The notes beneath the pieces are model-generated. The model did not search any database and was not told where the DNA came from. It saw only the letters and a program-made list of their open reading frames with translations. DNA of 55,040 nucleotides from Nitrososphaerales archaeon (GTDB taxonomy: Archaea; Thermoproteota; Nitrososphaeria; Nitrososphaerales; JACAEJ01): the NCBI GenBank assembly GCA_013388925.1, contig JACAEJ010000012.1, forward strand, positions 1 to 55,040, in the 5' to 3' direction. Below are positions 1-9,851 of the stretch, piece after piece; position 1 is the stretch's first letter; each line of letters begins with the position of its first letter. A program made the translations under genes and the position numbers.

Positions 1-172
1 CCTCCAGCCTTATCATATCTCTATCATTGCCTACTAACTTCCTTGAAACCACGTTATGACCGCTCTCCTTGATCATTTCAAAGGCCTTTGAGCCAGATTC
101 ATCGTCAATGGGCATGCCTTGAGAAGCTTTCTTGTACCTTGAAGAGCTCACGGTCATTATTGATACATTCAC
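1..172 (-). CDS. moaB: Molybdenum cofactor biosynthesis protein MoaB/MogA-like, N-terminal part only (gene runs off the window)
   Basis: Not in the ORF track because it is truncated. Reverse translation from GTG 172 (or ATG 157) gives VNVSIMTVSSSRYKKASQGMPIDDESGSKAFEMIKESGHNVVSRKLVGNDRDMIRLE. This fits the MoaB/MogA N-terminal pattern (TVS-x-R, D-x-SG, GH-x-V, V-x-D-x-x-x-I). It lies directly downstream of moaC on the same strand. Confidence 0.55.
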   Translation of the reverse strand, partial: MNVSIMTVSSSRYKKASQGMPIDDESGSKAFEMIKESGHNVVSRKLVGNDRDMIRLE

Positions 173-200
173 GCTCTTAGGGGATAGTCTCTTGTGCTCT

Positions 201-659
201 TCATAGCTTTTTGACGTCTTTCTTCACCTTCCTTAAGACCCTTATACTCGAGATCATGGTCGTAGGATATTGACCATCTTCATCCTTCTCATACTTTTTG
301 ATTACATCCCAGAGATTGAGCAGAGCCACCGCTGTCGCTGTCAGAGCCTCCATTTCAACCCCGGTCTTGCCATTGGCTATTACTCTTGTGGTGACAATTA
401 TACTATTATCTCTAATTTTCATATTGATATCCGTGCTCTCAATAGAAATAGGATGGCATAGAGGCATCACCAATGGTGTAAGCTTTGCTCCCTGAATCCC
501 TGCCAAGGTTGCTATCTGGATGGGGGCGCCCTTCTCTACCTTCCCCTCTTTTATCAGCTTCATAGTCTCGGGCTTTAATGCTATCTTTCCTTGTGCTATG
601 GCCTCTCTATGTTGCTCTGGCTTCTTCGATATATTTATCATCTTCACCATTCTAATCAC
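201..659 (-). CDS. moaC: Cyclic pyranopterin monophosphate synthase MoaC
   Basis: 152 aa. KGAPIQIATLAGIQGAK, LCHPI and GKTGVEMEALTA are typical MoaC signatures, and the length is right. Confidence 0.9.
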   Translation of the reverse strand: MIRMVKMINISKKPEQHREAIAQGKIALKPETMKLIKEGKVEKGAPIQIATLAGIQGAKLTPLVMPLCHPISIESTDINMKIRDNSIIVTTRVIANGKTGVEMEALTATAVALLNLWDVIKKYEKDEDGQYPTTMISSIRVLRKVKKDVKKL

Positions 660-1143
660 CCTTGCTCGTGAAGGATGTTATCTTGGATTGGGTATAAATC
701 GATCTCTTCTTTACCTTTGTGGTCTTTGTGGAACTTATGCCTCTGCCCAATTCTGAGGTTCTCATATCCATGATTCTTTTTAACACTGGGTTAGGAGATT
801 CGAAGGACCTATGGAGAAGGATCTTCAGCCTAGCCATCTTGGAGATCACAAGGTCTAGCATACGAATCGTTTTGCCCTTCTCTCTGTCCAGTATTAGACC
901 TTGATTAAAATCGGCCAAGAGTAAAGAGAGCTCTTCGTAGGCCTTCTCTGCCGTTACAGACTTCTCAGGCTTTAACAAAAGAATGGTCTTTGTAGCCTTA
1001 TAGCCTTCATTGTTGACTCTTCTGAACAAGGCCATAGCATCTTCAAGGGCTTCTTCGGGAGGCTTAGATGATAACTTCAGTCTAAATTTCTTCAGGTCCT
1101 CCACCAAACCATCCAACGCAACAGGGTTCAAAAGGCGTCCCAT
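652..1143 (-). CDS. Hypothetical protein, 8-nt overlap with the moaC start
   Basis: 163-aa ORF with ordinary charged/helical composition, overlapping moaC by 8 nt on the same strand. No family recognised. Confidence 0.45.
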   Translation of the reverse strand: MGRLLNPVALDGLVEDLKKFRLKLSSKPPEEALEDAMALFRRVNNEGYKATKTILLLKPEKSVTAEKAYEELSLLLADFNQGLILDREKGKTIRMLDLVISKMARLKILLHRSFESPNPVLKRIMDMRTSELGRGISSTKTTKVKKRSIYTQSKITSFTSKGD

Positions 1144-1251
1144 ATCTATCCTTTTCCTAGAGTCAAATTAGAAGATGACGCAATATCGGATAAGCTTTCC
1201 TTTTATCGTTGCTCGACAATCTTAAAAGGGCCCTGCTATGATTCTTTACTG

Positions 1252-2577
1252 ATGAATAATCTTAGCGGAGAGACGAATTGGTTGAATGTTAGAACTCACA
1301 GCGTACTCGAGGCTGTAAAATCTGGCCGAGAGGATTATGTAAGGCTACTGGGCTGGGTGGCATCAAAGAGGGCTATTGGTGGCATAGTATTTGTTATGTT
1401 AAGGGACGGTAGTGGGTTCATTCAGGTCGCGGGCAAGAAAGGGGTTACCGATGAAGAGAGCCTTGAAGTCATGAAGAGAGTTAGTCTAGAGTCGGCAGCG
1501 ATGGTGGGAGGCCCGATAAGAGAGGATGAGAGAGCTCCTCACGGGAGGGAGTTGTCCGTGAAGGAGTTTAAGATAATATCTCTGGCAGACAAATGGCCTA
1601 TAACGAAGAGTGCCATAAAGTCGCCGTCCTTCCTCTATGATAATAGGCACCTCTCCATAAGGGGTAGGAAAGCGATCTCGATTCTCAAGATAAGGGCTGA
1701 ATCGATTTACTCTTCCCTCGAATTCTTTACCAAGCGGGGCTTCACATTAATAAATGCACCCATGCTTGTCCAATCGGCCTGTGAAGGCGGGGCCACTCTA
1801 TTCAACCTTGATTACTTTGGCAAAGTCGCTTTCTTGACTCAAAGTGCCCAACTCTACGAAGAGGCCGCCATATGTGCCTTTGAGAAGGTCTTTGTACTAC
1901 AGCCCGCCTTCAGAGCGGAGAGGTCAAAGACGACCAAACACCTTACGGAGTTCTGGATGCTGGAGGCAGAACAGGCCTTCGCTACTCATAGTGACGTAAT
2001 GAAGCTAGAGGAGGATCTGGTATCTCATATGACAAATCACATAGTCGATGAATGCTCGGAAGAGCTAAAGACGATAGGAAGGAGGTTCTCACCACCCACT
2101 ACTCCATTTCCAAGGATAACCTATGATGAAGCTAGGAATACGGCCAGGAGAAAAGGCATAGTATTTGAGTGGGGAGATGACATACCAACAGAGGCTGAAA
2201 AGGTGCTATCAAGGAGCTTTGACAGACCCTTCTTCATAACCGGCTATCCTTTGAAGGCTAGGAGCTTCTACCATATGGCAGACCCCAAGGATGGGAGGAT
2301 CAGTCTATCTTCGGATCTGATGGCCCCTGAGGGCTATGGTGAGATAGCGACTGGAGGGCAAAGAATACACGAATATGACACTTTATTGGAGAGGGTAAAG
2401 AAGCAAGATTTACCTATAGAGTCCTTCTCGTGGTATCTAGATCTAAGAAGGTATGGTCTACCGCCTCACTCAGGCTTTGGCATTGGCATAGAGAGGCTTG
2501 TTAGATGGATCTGTGGATTGAGGCATATAAGGGCGTCTACTTTATTCCCTAGAACCATAACTAGGATCAGTCCATAA
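1252..2577 (+). CDS. asnS: Asparaginyl-tRNA synthetase (class IIb, archaeal type)
   Basis: 441 aa. Motif 2 is FRAERSKTTKHLTEFWMLEAEQAF. WYLDLRRYGLPPHSGFGIGIERLV followed by FPR favours AsnRS over AspRS. Confidence 0.85.
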   Translation: MNNLSGETNWLNVRTHSVLEAVKSGREDYVRLLGWVASKRAIGGIVFVMLRDGSGFIQVAGKKGVTDEESLEVMKRVSLESAAMVGGPIREDERAPHGRELSVKEFKIISLADKWPITKSAIKSPSFLYDNRHLSIRGRKAISILKIRAESIYSSLEFFTKRGFTLINAPMLVQSACEGGATLFNLDYFGKVAFLTQSAQLYEEAAICAFEKVFVLQPAFRAERSKTTKHLTEFWMLEAEQAFATHSDVMKLEEDLVSHMTNHIVDECSEELKTIGRRFSPPTTPFPRITYDEARNTARRKGIVFEWGDDIPTEAEKVLSRSFDRPFFITGYPLKARSFYHMADPKDGRISLSSDLMAPEGYGEIATGGQRIHEYDTLLERVKKQDLPIESFSWYLDLRRYGLPPHSGFGIGIERLVRWICGLRHIRASTLFPRTITRISP

Positions 2578-3187
2578 AGATAATCATGTATGGAAAGATA
2601 TTTCGCGTTAATACCCTTTTTCCACGACTTGATTGGATTGATTGTTGTAAAATCGTTTCGTTTTCAGGTGGCGAACTTTCAGTTAGTGTTAAATTACCTT
2701 CAATTGGTATTTCTGTTGAAAATAATTCGTCAGCTCCCCAAACGACAAATATGTTAACGACAAATACGTTATCTTCTCTTAGTTCGGGATAATACTCCAA
2801 TGTAAAATTGTATATCTTACCGACTTCTAAGCGTATATTTGGCATGGGACATATCCCAACAACCAAGCCGTTATCCAATTCAAATTCGCCTCCAGTCTCA
2901 TAGACCGCAACTAACGTTGAAGGTGCATAGCCATTGTCTTTGTAATATCTGTTCACTTCGATATAGGCATGGCTTCTATAGCCTAGCTGAGCGACATTGT
3001 TTTTGTCCCCAGTAACTACTGTATCAATCTTAACCACTTTGCCTTCAAGACAGTGAGTGTATACTACCATATGACCTTCGGTTTCGTCTGAAGTCTCCAT
3101 TGCCGTACAGCTAAGAAACATGGGAACTAGTGCTAAGATCAATAATGGGATTATCATAGTCGAGATGACTTGCCTCTTATTCATCAT
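2567..3187 (-). CDS. Hypothetical secreted or membrane-anchored protein
   Basis: 206 aa. N-terminal hydrophobic signal/anchor (ISTMIIPLLILALVPMFLSC), AT-rich coding sequence, convergent 11-nt overlap with asnS. No family recognised. Confidence 0.5.
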   Translation of the reverse strand: MMNKRQVISTMIIPLLILALVPMFLSCTAMETSDETEGHMVVYTHCLEGKVVKIDTVVTGDKNNVAQLGYRSHAYIEVNRYYKDNGYAPSTLVAVYETGGEFELDNGLVVGICPMPNIRLEVGKIYNFTLEYYPELREDNVFVVNIFVVWGADELFSTEIPIEGNLTLTESSPPENETILQQSIQSSRGKRVLTRNIFPYMIIFMD

Positions 3188-3343
3188 ATTGCCTCCCTCG
3201 ATTTTCTATGTCATTTATATTTTGTTACTAATTTTATATGTATTTCTTAAATTTAAATTGAACTTTCTATATATTTCTATAAGTATAGTTAAATCGTGAT
3301 TTAAGTTAAAGTACTTATATTTATCTTCGCTAATTGATCTTGA

Positions 3344-4012
3344 TTGATCAAATTGAATGAACCCGAGATGGCGTACCCCGATGATGTATTGGAGGTCATA
3401 ACCACTGATGACTTACGCTTAAAATTAATCGGCGAAGTTATGGCCAACGATACTTCAAGAGGAGTATTGAAGGCAGTTCTAAAGGGATTTGATACGGCTT
3501 CAAATATATCCAAAATGCTCGATCTCTCCTTACCTCTTGTTCTACACCATCTGGAGAGACTAGTGGATTCGGGACTATTGACAGTTAAAGAGATAGACCA
3601 TAGCTTGAAGGGAAGGGATATGAAGCGCTACTCTGCTTCAAAGATGGCTTTCCTCATAATCCCGTCTGATGTTTTAGAGGATAAAAAGGAGACCATCTCC
3701 AAATTGAGAAGATCGGCCATGCGGGCGTTCTTCAAGCGAATCTTATACTCTTTGGTGGGGCTTGCTGTGGCAACTGGATTATCGCTCTTAATACTTCCGA
3801 TGATACTCCCACCATTTAGGTACACAATATATATCCCACAAGTGCCAGTTCAGCCTCCTGGAAACGGGTCTGCGATTCTTCCGCCGATAGAAGTTGTAAT
3901 ATATGCAAAGGCAGACGCATTACCAATATCAATAGCAATGGGCATTATAATCTTTCTAACGATGTGGATCATCCTAGGGTGGAGAGCAAGGCACTGGTCT
4001 CGAATGACATAA
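3344..4012 (+). CDS. Membrane-anchored winged-helix (ArsR/TrmB-like) transcriptional regulator
   Basis: 222 aa. HTH-like segment ASNISKMLDLSLPLVLHHLERLVDSGLL, then two hydrophobic helices (ILYSLVGLAVATGLSLLILPMIL and ISIAMGIIIFLTMWIILGW). The true start may be ATG 3368 (MAYPDD). Confidence 0.6.
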   Translation: MIKLNEPEMAYPDDVLEVITTDDLRLKLIGEVMANDTSRGVLKAVLKGFDTASNISKMLDLSLPLVLHHLERLVDSGLLTVKEIDHSLKGRDMKRYSASKMAFLIIPSDVLEDKKETISKLRRSAMRAFFKRILYSLVGLAVATGLSLLILPMILPPFRYTIYIPQVPVQPPGNGSAILPPIEVVIYAKADALPISIAMGIIIFLTMWIILGWRARHWSRMT

Positions 4013-4078
4013 AACTCATGGTATCAAACAAAGAGCATAAATCACGTATTCAAAACTAATTATAAAACATTAATATCT

Positions 4079-5095
4079 ATGGGTTGTCATAGATCAATAA
4101 GCATGAGCGAAGAAGAACTTGATCTAGAGTCCCTTGAAGGGGTCGGGCCCGCAACAAAGCAGAAGCTCACGGCTGCTGGCATATACAACGTACTAGATTT
4201 GGTCTCGAGAGGACCTATCGAAATATCCGATGTCGTGAATATCGATCTGAGCAGAGCCATAGAGCTCGTCAACAAGGCAAGGGTAAGGTTGGTCACGTTG
4301 GGAAGAATAGAGAAGGATTTCATATCCGCTACAGAGCTCTACAAGAAGCGCCAGACCATAGAGAGGATAGGCACCGGATCAAAGAACCTAGACGATCTTT
4401 TGGGTGGAGGGATAGAGACCCAAGCAGTAACAGAGCTCTATGGTGAGTATGGCTCTGGCAAGACCCAATTGTGCCACACCCTCTGCGTAAAGGTTCAGAC
4501 CCAAAAAGATCAAGGAGGCTTGAGTTCTGGAGCCATCTACGTCGATACGGAGAACACATTTAGGCCCGAGAGGATAGTGGAGATAGCAGAAGCCTACAAC
4601 TTAGAACCTGAAGAAGTTCTGAGCAAGATAATAGTGGCAGAAGCCTACAACAGTGCCCACCAAGAGCTCATAGTAAGAGAGGCTGGCAGGTTCATAGAGA
4701 AGGAGAGGATAAGGCTACTGGTAGTAGACTCTGCAGTAGCCCACTATAGGGCAGAGTTCTTGGGAAGAGGAACTCTAGCAGAAAGGCAGCAGAGGCTGAA
4801 CAGGTTTATGCATAACCTGTTAAGGTTAGCGGAGCTGTACAACGTGGCTGTGGTGGTAACGAACCAAGTCCAATCCGCCCCTGACGTGTTCTTTGGCGAC
4901 CCCACGAGACCCGTAGGGGGGCACGTGGTAGCCCATACCAGTACTTATAGAATATACCTGAGAAAGGCCGGGAAGAACCGGATAGCGAGGATGATGGACA
5001 GTCCCTGTCATCCCGAGAGGGAGGTCGTATTCATCCTAGACGGGAGAGGGATAAACGATCCACCAGAAGAGACTCCTAAGAGGAGGCAGTCGTAG
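4079..5095 (+). CDS. radA: DNA repair and recombination protein RadA
   Basis: N-terminal HhH (LEGVGPATKQKL), Walker A GEYGSGKTQ, LLVVDS Walker B, RadA/Rad51 length. The start may be ATG 4103 (MSEEELD). Confidence 0.95.
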   Translation: MGCHRSISMSEEELDLESLEGVGPATKQKLTAAGIYNVLDLVSRGPIEISDVVNIDLSRAIELVNKARVRLVTLGRIEKDFISATELYKKRQTIERIGTGSKNLDDLLGGGIETQAVTELYGEYGSGKTQLCHTLCVKVQTQKDQGGLSSGAIYVDTENTFRPERIVEIAEAYNLEPEEVLSKIIVAEAYNSAHQELIVREAGRFIEKERIRLLVVDSAVAHYRAEFLGRGTLAERQQRLNRFMHNLLRLAELYNVAVVVTNQVQSAPDVFFGDPTRPVGGHVVAHTSTYRIYLRKAGKNRIARMMDSPCHPEREVVFILDGRGINDPPEETPKRRQS

Positions 5096-5190
5096 TAGGC
5101 CATAATTTAAGAGCATCTTCCAAGACGTGTTGTTATACTTCTCATCCTTTGTAGCGTATAGAAGTGTAAACCTCGGATGGTAGATAGAAT

Positions 5191-5751
5191 TTATCTGCGT
5201 TGCTCTTTTACCGAATTCAAGAACAGCCTTACTTCGGGATTGGTTATAGAAGTCTCTACAGAATCCCAGAACTCGGACAGTTTGTTTTTGTCATAGCCTT
5301 CCTCTTCATACCTGAGGGCCTGGAGGGCCATATCCAACTTGTCCAAATCTCTTACGAGCCTTGCCTCCAACGATGCCCCATCCTGAAATTCCTTCCAGAG
5401 CCCATAATACCTCTTTTTGATAGCCTTTGGTAATAGAGAGAGTATCTTTGTCATGGCATCTTCCTCCATTCTCCTCTTCTGTAACTCCTGCCTTCCACTC
5501 ATCCCATAGTGAGTCAGGTCCCCAGTCATACTCTCGCATAGATCGTGAATCAGAGCCATCTTGAGCATCCTTGGAGTATCGAGACCCTTCATATCCCCAA
5601 GTATCATACAGAGCATAGAGGTTCCAAAGGTATGGTCTGCCACAGACTCTGGCTTTTTGACTCTGACCTTTCTTAACCATCCAGACCTTGGGGTTTCCTT
5701 CAATCTCCCCGCCAGCCCGATGAAACGAATCACGCCATCTATTTCTTGCAA
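5191..5751 (-). CDS. HD-domain phosphohydrolase (YfbR-like 5'-deoxynucleotidase family)
   Basis: 186 aa. RSGWLRKV, ESVADHTF and IHDLCESMTGDL match the HD_3/YfbR pattern. Confidence 0.8.
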   Translation of the reverse strand: MQEIDGVIRFIGLAGRLKETPRSGWLRKVRVKKPESVADHTFGTSMLCMILGDMKGLDTPRMLKMALIHDLCESMTGDLTHYGMSGRQELQKRRMEEDAMTKILSLLPKAIKKRYYGLWKEFQDGASLEARLVRDLDKLDMALQALRYEEEGYDKNKLSEFWDSVETSITNPEVRLFLNSVKEQRR

Positions 5752-5892
5752 ACCATGTCAATCAAAAACATAACCCTTTATATAGAGTTGGAATGGTTAA
5801 TTACAATTTGTAATGATGTTTTACTAACTGCAAAACTCTTGCCATGACATAGGGCAATGTTTATCTTTCATGTGCAATTAATTATGAATTGA

Positions 5893-6972
5893 TTGAAGAA
5901 AGCAATTCTCATAACGTATCCAGACAAGTTTGCAATGGATGAAGCTTTGGGCTTGGCCGAAGCGGCAGACTATGAAGTAGCCAAACTGATGACCCAAAAG
6001 TATCTTTTTAGGGCAAAGTACGGCATAGGCTCTGGGAAGGCCGAGGAGCTGAAGAAAGTTTCAGAGGAGCTGGATGTCGATGCCATACTGTTCGATGAGA
6101 GGTTGAAGTCTGTCCAGATTTACAACCTTGCGAAGCTAACGGGTTTGGAGGTCATAGACAGAGAGCGTTTAATTCTAGAGATCTTCCATAAGAGGGCATC
6201 GAGCGCTGAGGCGAAGTTACAGGTCCAGCTCGCCGAATTGAGGTACGAAATACCAAGGGCGAGGGAAAAGGTGAGGCTGGCAAAAGCAGGGGAGCAGCCA
6301 GGCTTCTTCGGCTTGGGCAGATACGACGTGGACGATTATCACATGATGATAAGGCGAAGGATGGTAACTATAGCGAAGAAGCTAAAGCGGGTCGGCAAGA
6401 GGCGTGAGCTTTACAAGATTCAGAGGCTCAGAACGAATCTGCCTTTAGTATCCTTCGCTGGCTATACGGGAGCGGGAAAGACGAGCCTTTTTAACATACT
6501 GACAGGAGAGAAGAAGGATACGGAGAGAGGTTTCTTCACTACCCTTACAACCACGACAAGGAGCCTGCAGCTATCGGGCTACAAGGCTCTGATATCGGAT
6601 ACGGTCGGCTTTATCAGCAGGTTGCCAACATATATGATCGAAGCCTTTAAGGCGACCCTAGAAGAGTTGACCTACGCCAACCTAGTGCTTTTGGTGATAG
6701 ATGCTAGCGAACCCCTTCAGAGCATGACCATAAAGTACCAGAGTTGTGTAGGCATCCTTGCCGAACTTGGTGTCTCCCCCTTGAATGTCCTAGCCATCTT
6801 CAATAAATTCGATCTGACAAGCAAGAGTGAAGTTGAAGACAAGATCAGAGCCCTCAACATGACGCTCGAAGATGTAATTATAACATCGGCGAAGTCTGAC
6901 TTTGGGATAGAAGCACTAAAGTCCAAGATAGATGCGATAGTCCATGTTCACGTCCCTAACATCCCTGCCTAG
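5893..6972 (+). CDS. hflX: GTPase HflX
   Basis: 359 aa. HflX N-terminal domain followed by G1 GYTGAGKTSLFN, G3 DTVGF and NKFD. Confidence 0.85.
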   Translation: MKKAILITYPDKFAMDEALGLAEAADYEVAKLMTQKYLFRAKYGIGSGKAEELKKVSEELDVDAILFDERLKSVQIYNLAKLTGLEVIDRERLILEIFHKRASSAEAKLQVQLAELRYEIPRAREKVRLAKAGEQPGFFGLGRYDVDDYHMMIRRRMVTIAKKLKRVGKRRELYKIQRLRTNLPLVSFAGYTGAGKTSLFNILTGEKKDTERGFFTTLTTTTRSLQLSGYKALISDTVGFISRLPTYMIEAFKATLEELTYANLVLLVIDASEPLQSMTIKYQSCVGILAELGVSPLNVLAIFNKFDLTSKSEVEDKIRALNMTLEDVIITSAKSDFGIEALKSKIDAIVHVHVPNIPA

Positions 6973-6989
6973 ATTAAACTAATTGGTGT

Positions 6990-7571
6990 ATGAAGATGAC
7001 TAAAGTCGTGGTCTTGAGGTGGGGGCACAGATTGAGAGACGAGAGGTTGACCACCCATGTGGTACTGACAGCCCGTGCCCTAGGCGCGTCTGGTGTGATA
7101 CTATCGGATGTGGAGGATAAAGATGTCAAGAGCACTATAGAGAAGGTTGTGGAGAGGTTTGGTGGTCCCTTCTTCTTCGACATGGGCACCCCATGGAAGA
7201 GAGCTGTGAAGGAATGGAGAGCAAAAGGAGGCGTTGTGGTTCATCTGACGGCCTATGGTGAAAATATAGAAGATGACGACGTATTGGATATGATAAGGTC
7301 ATCAGGTAAGGACGTTATGGTTATAGTAGGTAGCCAGAAAGTTCCCAAAGAATTCTTCTCCGAAGAATTTTCGGACTTTAATGTCGCCATCGGCAACGAG
7401 CCCCACTCAGAATGCTCTTCCTTGGCGATATTCCTAGATCGTTACTTTAAGGGAAAGGAACTGTCGAGAAAGTTCAAGAAATCAAAAGTTAGAATAATCC
7501 CCCAGAAGAGAGGAAAGCGTGTAGTGTTCATTTCCAACAGCCCCCAACTAGTTTTATCCCATTTAGATTGA
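6990..7571 (+). CDS. trm56: tRNA (cytidine56-2'-O)-methyltransferase aTrm56 (SPOUT)
   Basis: 193 aa. VVVLRWGHRLRDERLTTHVVLTARALGASG, GGPFF, VHLTAYG and NVAIGNEPHSECSSLAIFLDR align closely with archaeal Trm56. Confidence 0.85.
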   Translation: MKMTKVVVLRWGHRLRDERLTTHVVLTARALGASGVILSDVEDKDVKSTIEKVVERFGGPFFFDMGTPWKRAVKEWRAKGGVVVHLTAYGENIEDDDVLDMIRSSGKDVMVIVGSQKVPKEFFSEEFSDFNVAIGNEPHSECSSLAIFLDRYFKGKELSRKFKKSKVRIIPQKRGKRVVFISNSPQLVLSHLD

Positions 7572-7625
7572 GTAATTATACGACTCGCTTAGAAATTACT
7601 CGAGAATGAAATATACTGTATGTTG

Positions 7626-7916
7626 TTATGATCGCATAGGGCCTAGAAAGCGGTCTACTTCATTCTCAGCATTATCAGCTTTTATGAAGATCGGGACATT
7701 CTCTATGCCTGTAGCAATATAGCTGGAGAGCAACCACTCTCCAGGAGCAAATTCCAAAGTCTTCTCCAAAATGCCTTGGTCAATAGTGAAGGTATTGCTC
7801 ACAAGGTTTCTATCGTAAGGCCTGGGAAGAGTTCCTACGAAGTATGTATGTAATTGTTGTAAAGCATTTGTGTTGAGGTGAGCTATTCTTTGAGTAGCTA
7901 TGCATCCCCCTAAGCC
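7626..7916 (-). pseudogene. Start-less 96-codon open frame (possible gene remnant, or a 58-aa protein from GTG 7802)
   Basis: Reverse frame is open from the stop at 7917-7919 to TAA 7626-7628: GLGGCIATQRIAHLNTNALQQLHTYFVGTLPRPYDRNLVSNTFTIDQGILEKTLEFAPGEWLLSSYIATGIENVPIFIKADNAENEVDRFLGPMRS. The first ATG/GTG/TTG is GTG at 7802. No family recognised. Confidence 0.25.
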
Positions 7917-8196
7917 CTAATTTTGAGGACAAACTCATAAAAGATAGCTGCTGGGCATAATTAAGGTTTGTCGAGATTACTCAAGTTGTTTATGACTCCT
8001 GTAAAGCCAAACTAAAGGTTAGCTGTTCATCTAAGGTAGCTCCCTCAGTCTATCGGCGTGTTAAGCCCATAATTTGAACGCAAGATAGCGAAACTATCTC
8101 TGAAGTGATCGTGGAAAGTTTTAATAGTAAATTTAAGCTATTAACTATCGTGTCCCTTAACTTTCTTGTCCCAAGATTCTTCAGGAGGAAAACAGC

Positions 8197-8745
8197 ATGA
8201 TGGCAAAGCACTCGAAGATCGAGTATGAGGATGCTTTTGTAAAGATATCTGGTCTTTTAGGAGGGGAAGAGTACGTGAGGGTTGCGAGGGCTCTGCTCAA
8301 CAACGAGAACTCTACCGATGAGGAGATAGCCAGCGCTGTGGGGTTGAAGATAAACAACGTCAGGAAGGCCCTCTACGAGCTTTTTGGTAGGTCTCTCATA
8401 AGCGGTATAAGAGTTAGAGATTTGAAGAGAGGCTGGTTCGTGTACAGATGGAGGGCCCAAAGAGATCAGACAGATGGTTTCATAGAGGGCCAGAAGAGGA
8501 AGGCTTTGGGGAGGCTCAATGAGAGGCTCTTGTATGAGGGTAGCCATGAGTTCTACTACTGTGGCACACCCGTCTGCCAAAAGAGGACTTTTGAAGAATC
8601 CATGGATGTCTTCTTTAAATGTCCAAACTGTAGCAAAATTCTCTACCCGACAGACAACAGCGAGATAAAGACAGCTCTCAAATGGAAGATAGACGAGATA
8701 ATGAATGAGATGGAAAGTAGCAAGGGAAGCGAAGCCAAAGGTTAG
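8197..8745 (+). CDS. tfe: Transcription factor E (TFE alpha)
   Basis: 182 aa. N-terminal winged helix (EIASAVGLKINNVRKALYEL), then a zinc ribbon C-x-x-x-x-C ... CPNC. Confidence 0.85.
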   Translation: MMAKHSKIEYEDAFVKISGLLGGEEYVRVARALLNNENSTDEEIASAVGLKINNVRKALYELFGRSLISGIRVRDLKRGWFVYRWRAQRDQTDGFIEGQKRKALGRLNERLLYEGSHEFYYCGTPVCQKRTFEESMDVFFKCPNCSKILYPTDNSEIKTALKWKIDEIMNEMESSKGSEAKG

Positions 8746-8809
8746 TTTTGGGATTTTGGAGCACTTATTAACAGCTAGTCTAGGTCAGAAGTGTATAAGA
8801 TGGGAAGAT

Positions 8810-9373
8810 ATGATGGGAGAGCAAGAAGCCATCGATATGCTGAAGAGGGAGAGGAGTCCAGAGGCTCTAATAAAGCACAGCATGGCTGTGAGCGAGGTCT
8901 CAATCATTTTGGCCTTGGCCTTGAGAGAGAGGGGTTATGATATTGACCCAGAACTGGTGAAGATAGGTGGCCTACTCCACGACATAGGCAGAGCCAAGAC
9001 CCACTCGGTTCGTCACGGCTATCTTGGTGGAAGACTTCTGAGGAGGATGGGCGTGGATGAAAGGATAGCTAGAATAGCGGAGAGGCACGTAGGAGGTGGC
9101 ATATCAAAGAGAGAGGCCGAAAGGCTCAAGCTACCACAGAGAGAATATGTTCCAGAGACTTTGGAGGAGAAGGTCGTCTGCTTCGCCGACAAAATAGTCG
9201 AAATGGATTGTGTAATCCCTCTTGAAAAGACATTGGAAAAGTTTAGAGAGGAGCTTGGTAATGATAGTGGTTCTGTAAAGGGGCTCATAGAACTGAGAGA
9301 TGAGCTTACAAGGCTTTTGGACCGTGACCCGGAGGATATAGTCAGAAAGAGGTTCCCAAAGGAGCCGAGATGA
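8810..9373 (+). CDS. HD/HDIG-domain phosphohydrolase
   Basis: GGLLHDIGRAKTHSVRHGYLGG and AERHVGGG. The ORF-track start at 8705 overlaps tfe, so ATG 8810/8813 (MMGEQEA) is preferred. Confidence 0.75.
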   Translation: MMGEQEAIDMLKRERSPEALIKHSMAVSEVSIILALALRERGYDIDPELVKIGGLLHDIGRAKTHSVRHGYLGGRLLRRMGVDERIARIAERHVGGGISKREAERLKLPQREYVPETLEEKVVCFADKIVEMDCVIPLEKTLEKFREELGNDSGSVKGLIELRDELTRLLDRDPEDIVRKRFPKEPR

Positions 9374-9389
9374 TTACTTTAGATTTTGT

Positions 9390-9495
<106 letters not shown>

Positions 9496-9851
9496 CACAG
9501 TGGGTAAGTTAATTGTAACCTACCCCTCGCCATTTTGGGTTAGTTATACTGCGTCTTAAAAACCTTATTACTCTACGATTTTTTTGATAAATGACTAAAG
9601 TATGAATGTAGTATCTCTACAGCAACGATATCCCTGCGATCCTCATAGAAGAGTTATTGCAAGGTCATCTTACGTAGGTTCGCCTATTGGCCTCTTAACA
9701 TACTTGAACCTAATGTAAAGTTACTCTTAATTCCTACTGCACCGTTACATTTATCCTAGTAAGCAAATATTGTCATCTACGATAGTTTTTATGCAAAAAT
9801 TAAGTTTATTAAGTAGAATCAATCAAAGTTAAAACAAGAAGGAGATGAACA

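Noticed and set aside
5306-5761. 151-aa reverse ORF in an alternative frame of the HD-domain gene. Similar alternative-frame ORFs occur inside cdhA-E, aor, leuC and the dehydrogenase gene, for example 16276..16596, 19233..19655, 23542..23955, 36330..36740 and 37736..38206.
   Set aside because: Each is fully nested in a gene with clear family motifs. Compositions are W/R/G- or S/L-rich and not protein-like.
7572-8196. Search of the long spacer for RNase P RNA or SRP RNA.
   Set aside because: I did not find the conserved GGAAAGTCC-type (RNase P CR-I) motif or SRP helix-8-like motifs. An Rfam scan would be needed to exclude other ncRNAs.
8705-8809. The ORF-track start for the HDIG protein at 8705, overlapping tfe by 41 nt.
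   Set aside because: The HD-domain family N-terminus aligns from MMGEQEA. The upstream residues (MRWKVAREAKPKVSFGILEHLL) look like read-through of the tfe 3' end in another frame.
9496-9531. A 9-mer in the tRNA 5' flank (ACCCCTCGC at 9522-9530) complementary to 9391-9399 at the tRNA 3' end, considered as an att-site duplication from an integrated element.
   Set aside because: The match is only 9 nt, no integrase or foreign genes are adjacent, and it is compatible with chance or a processing stem.
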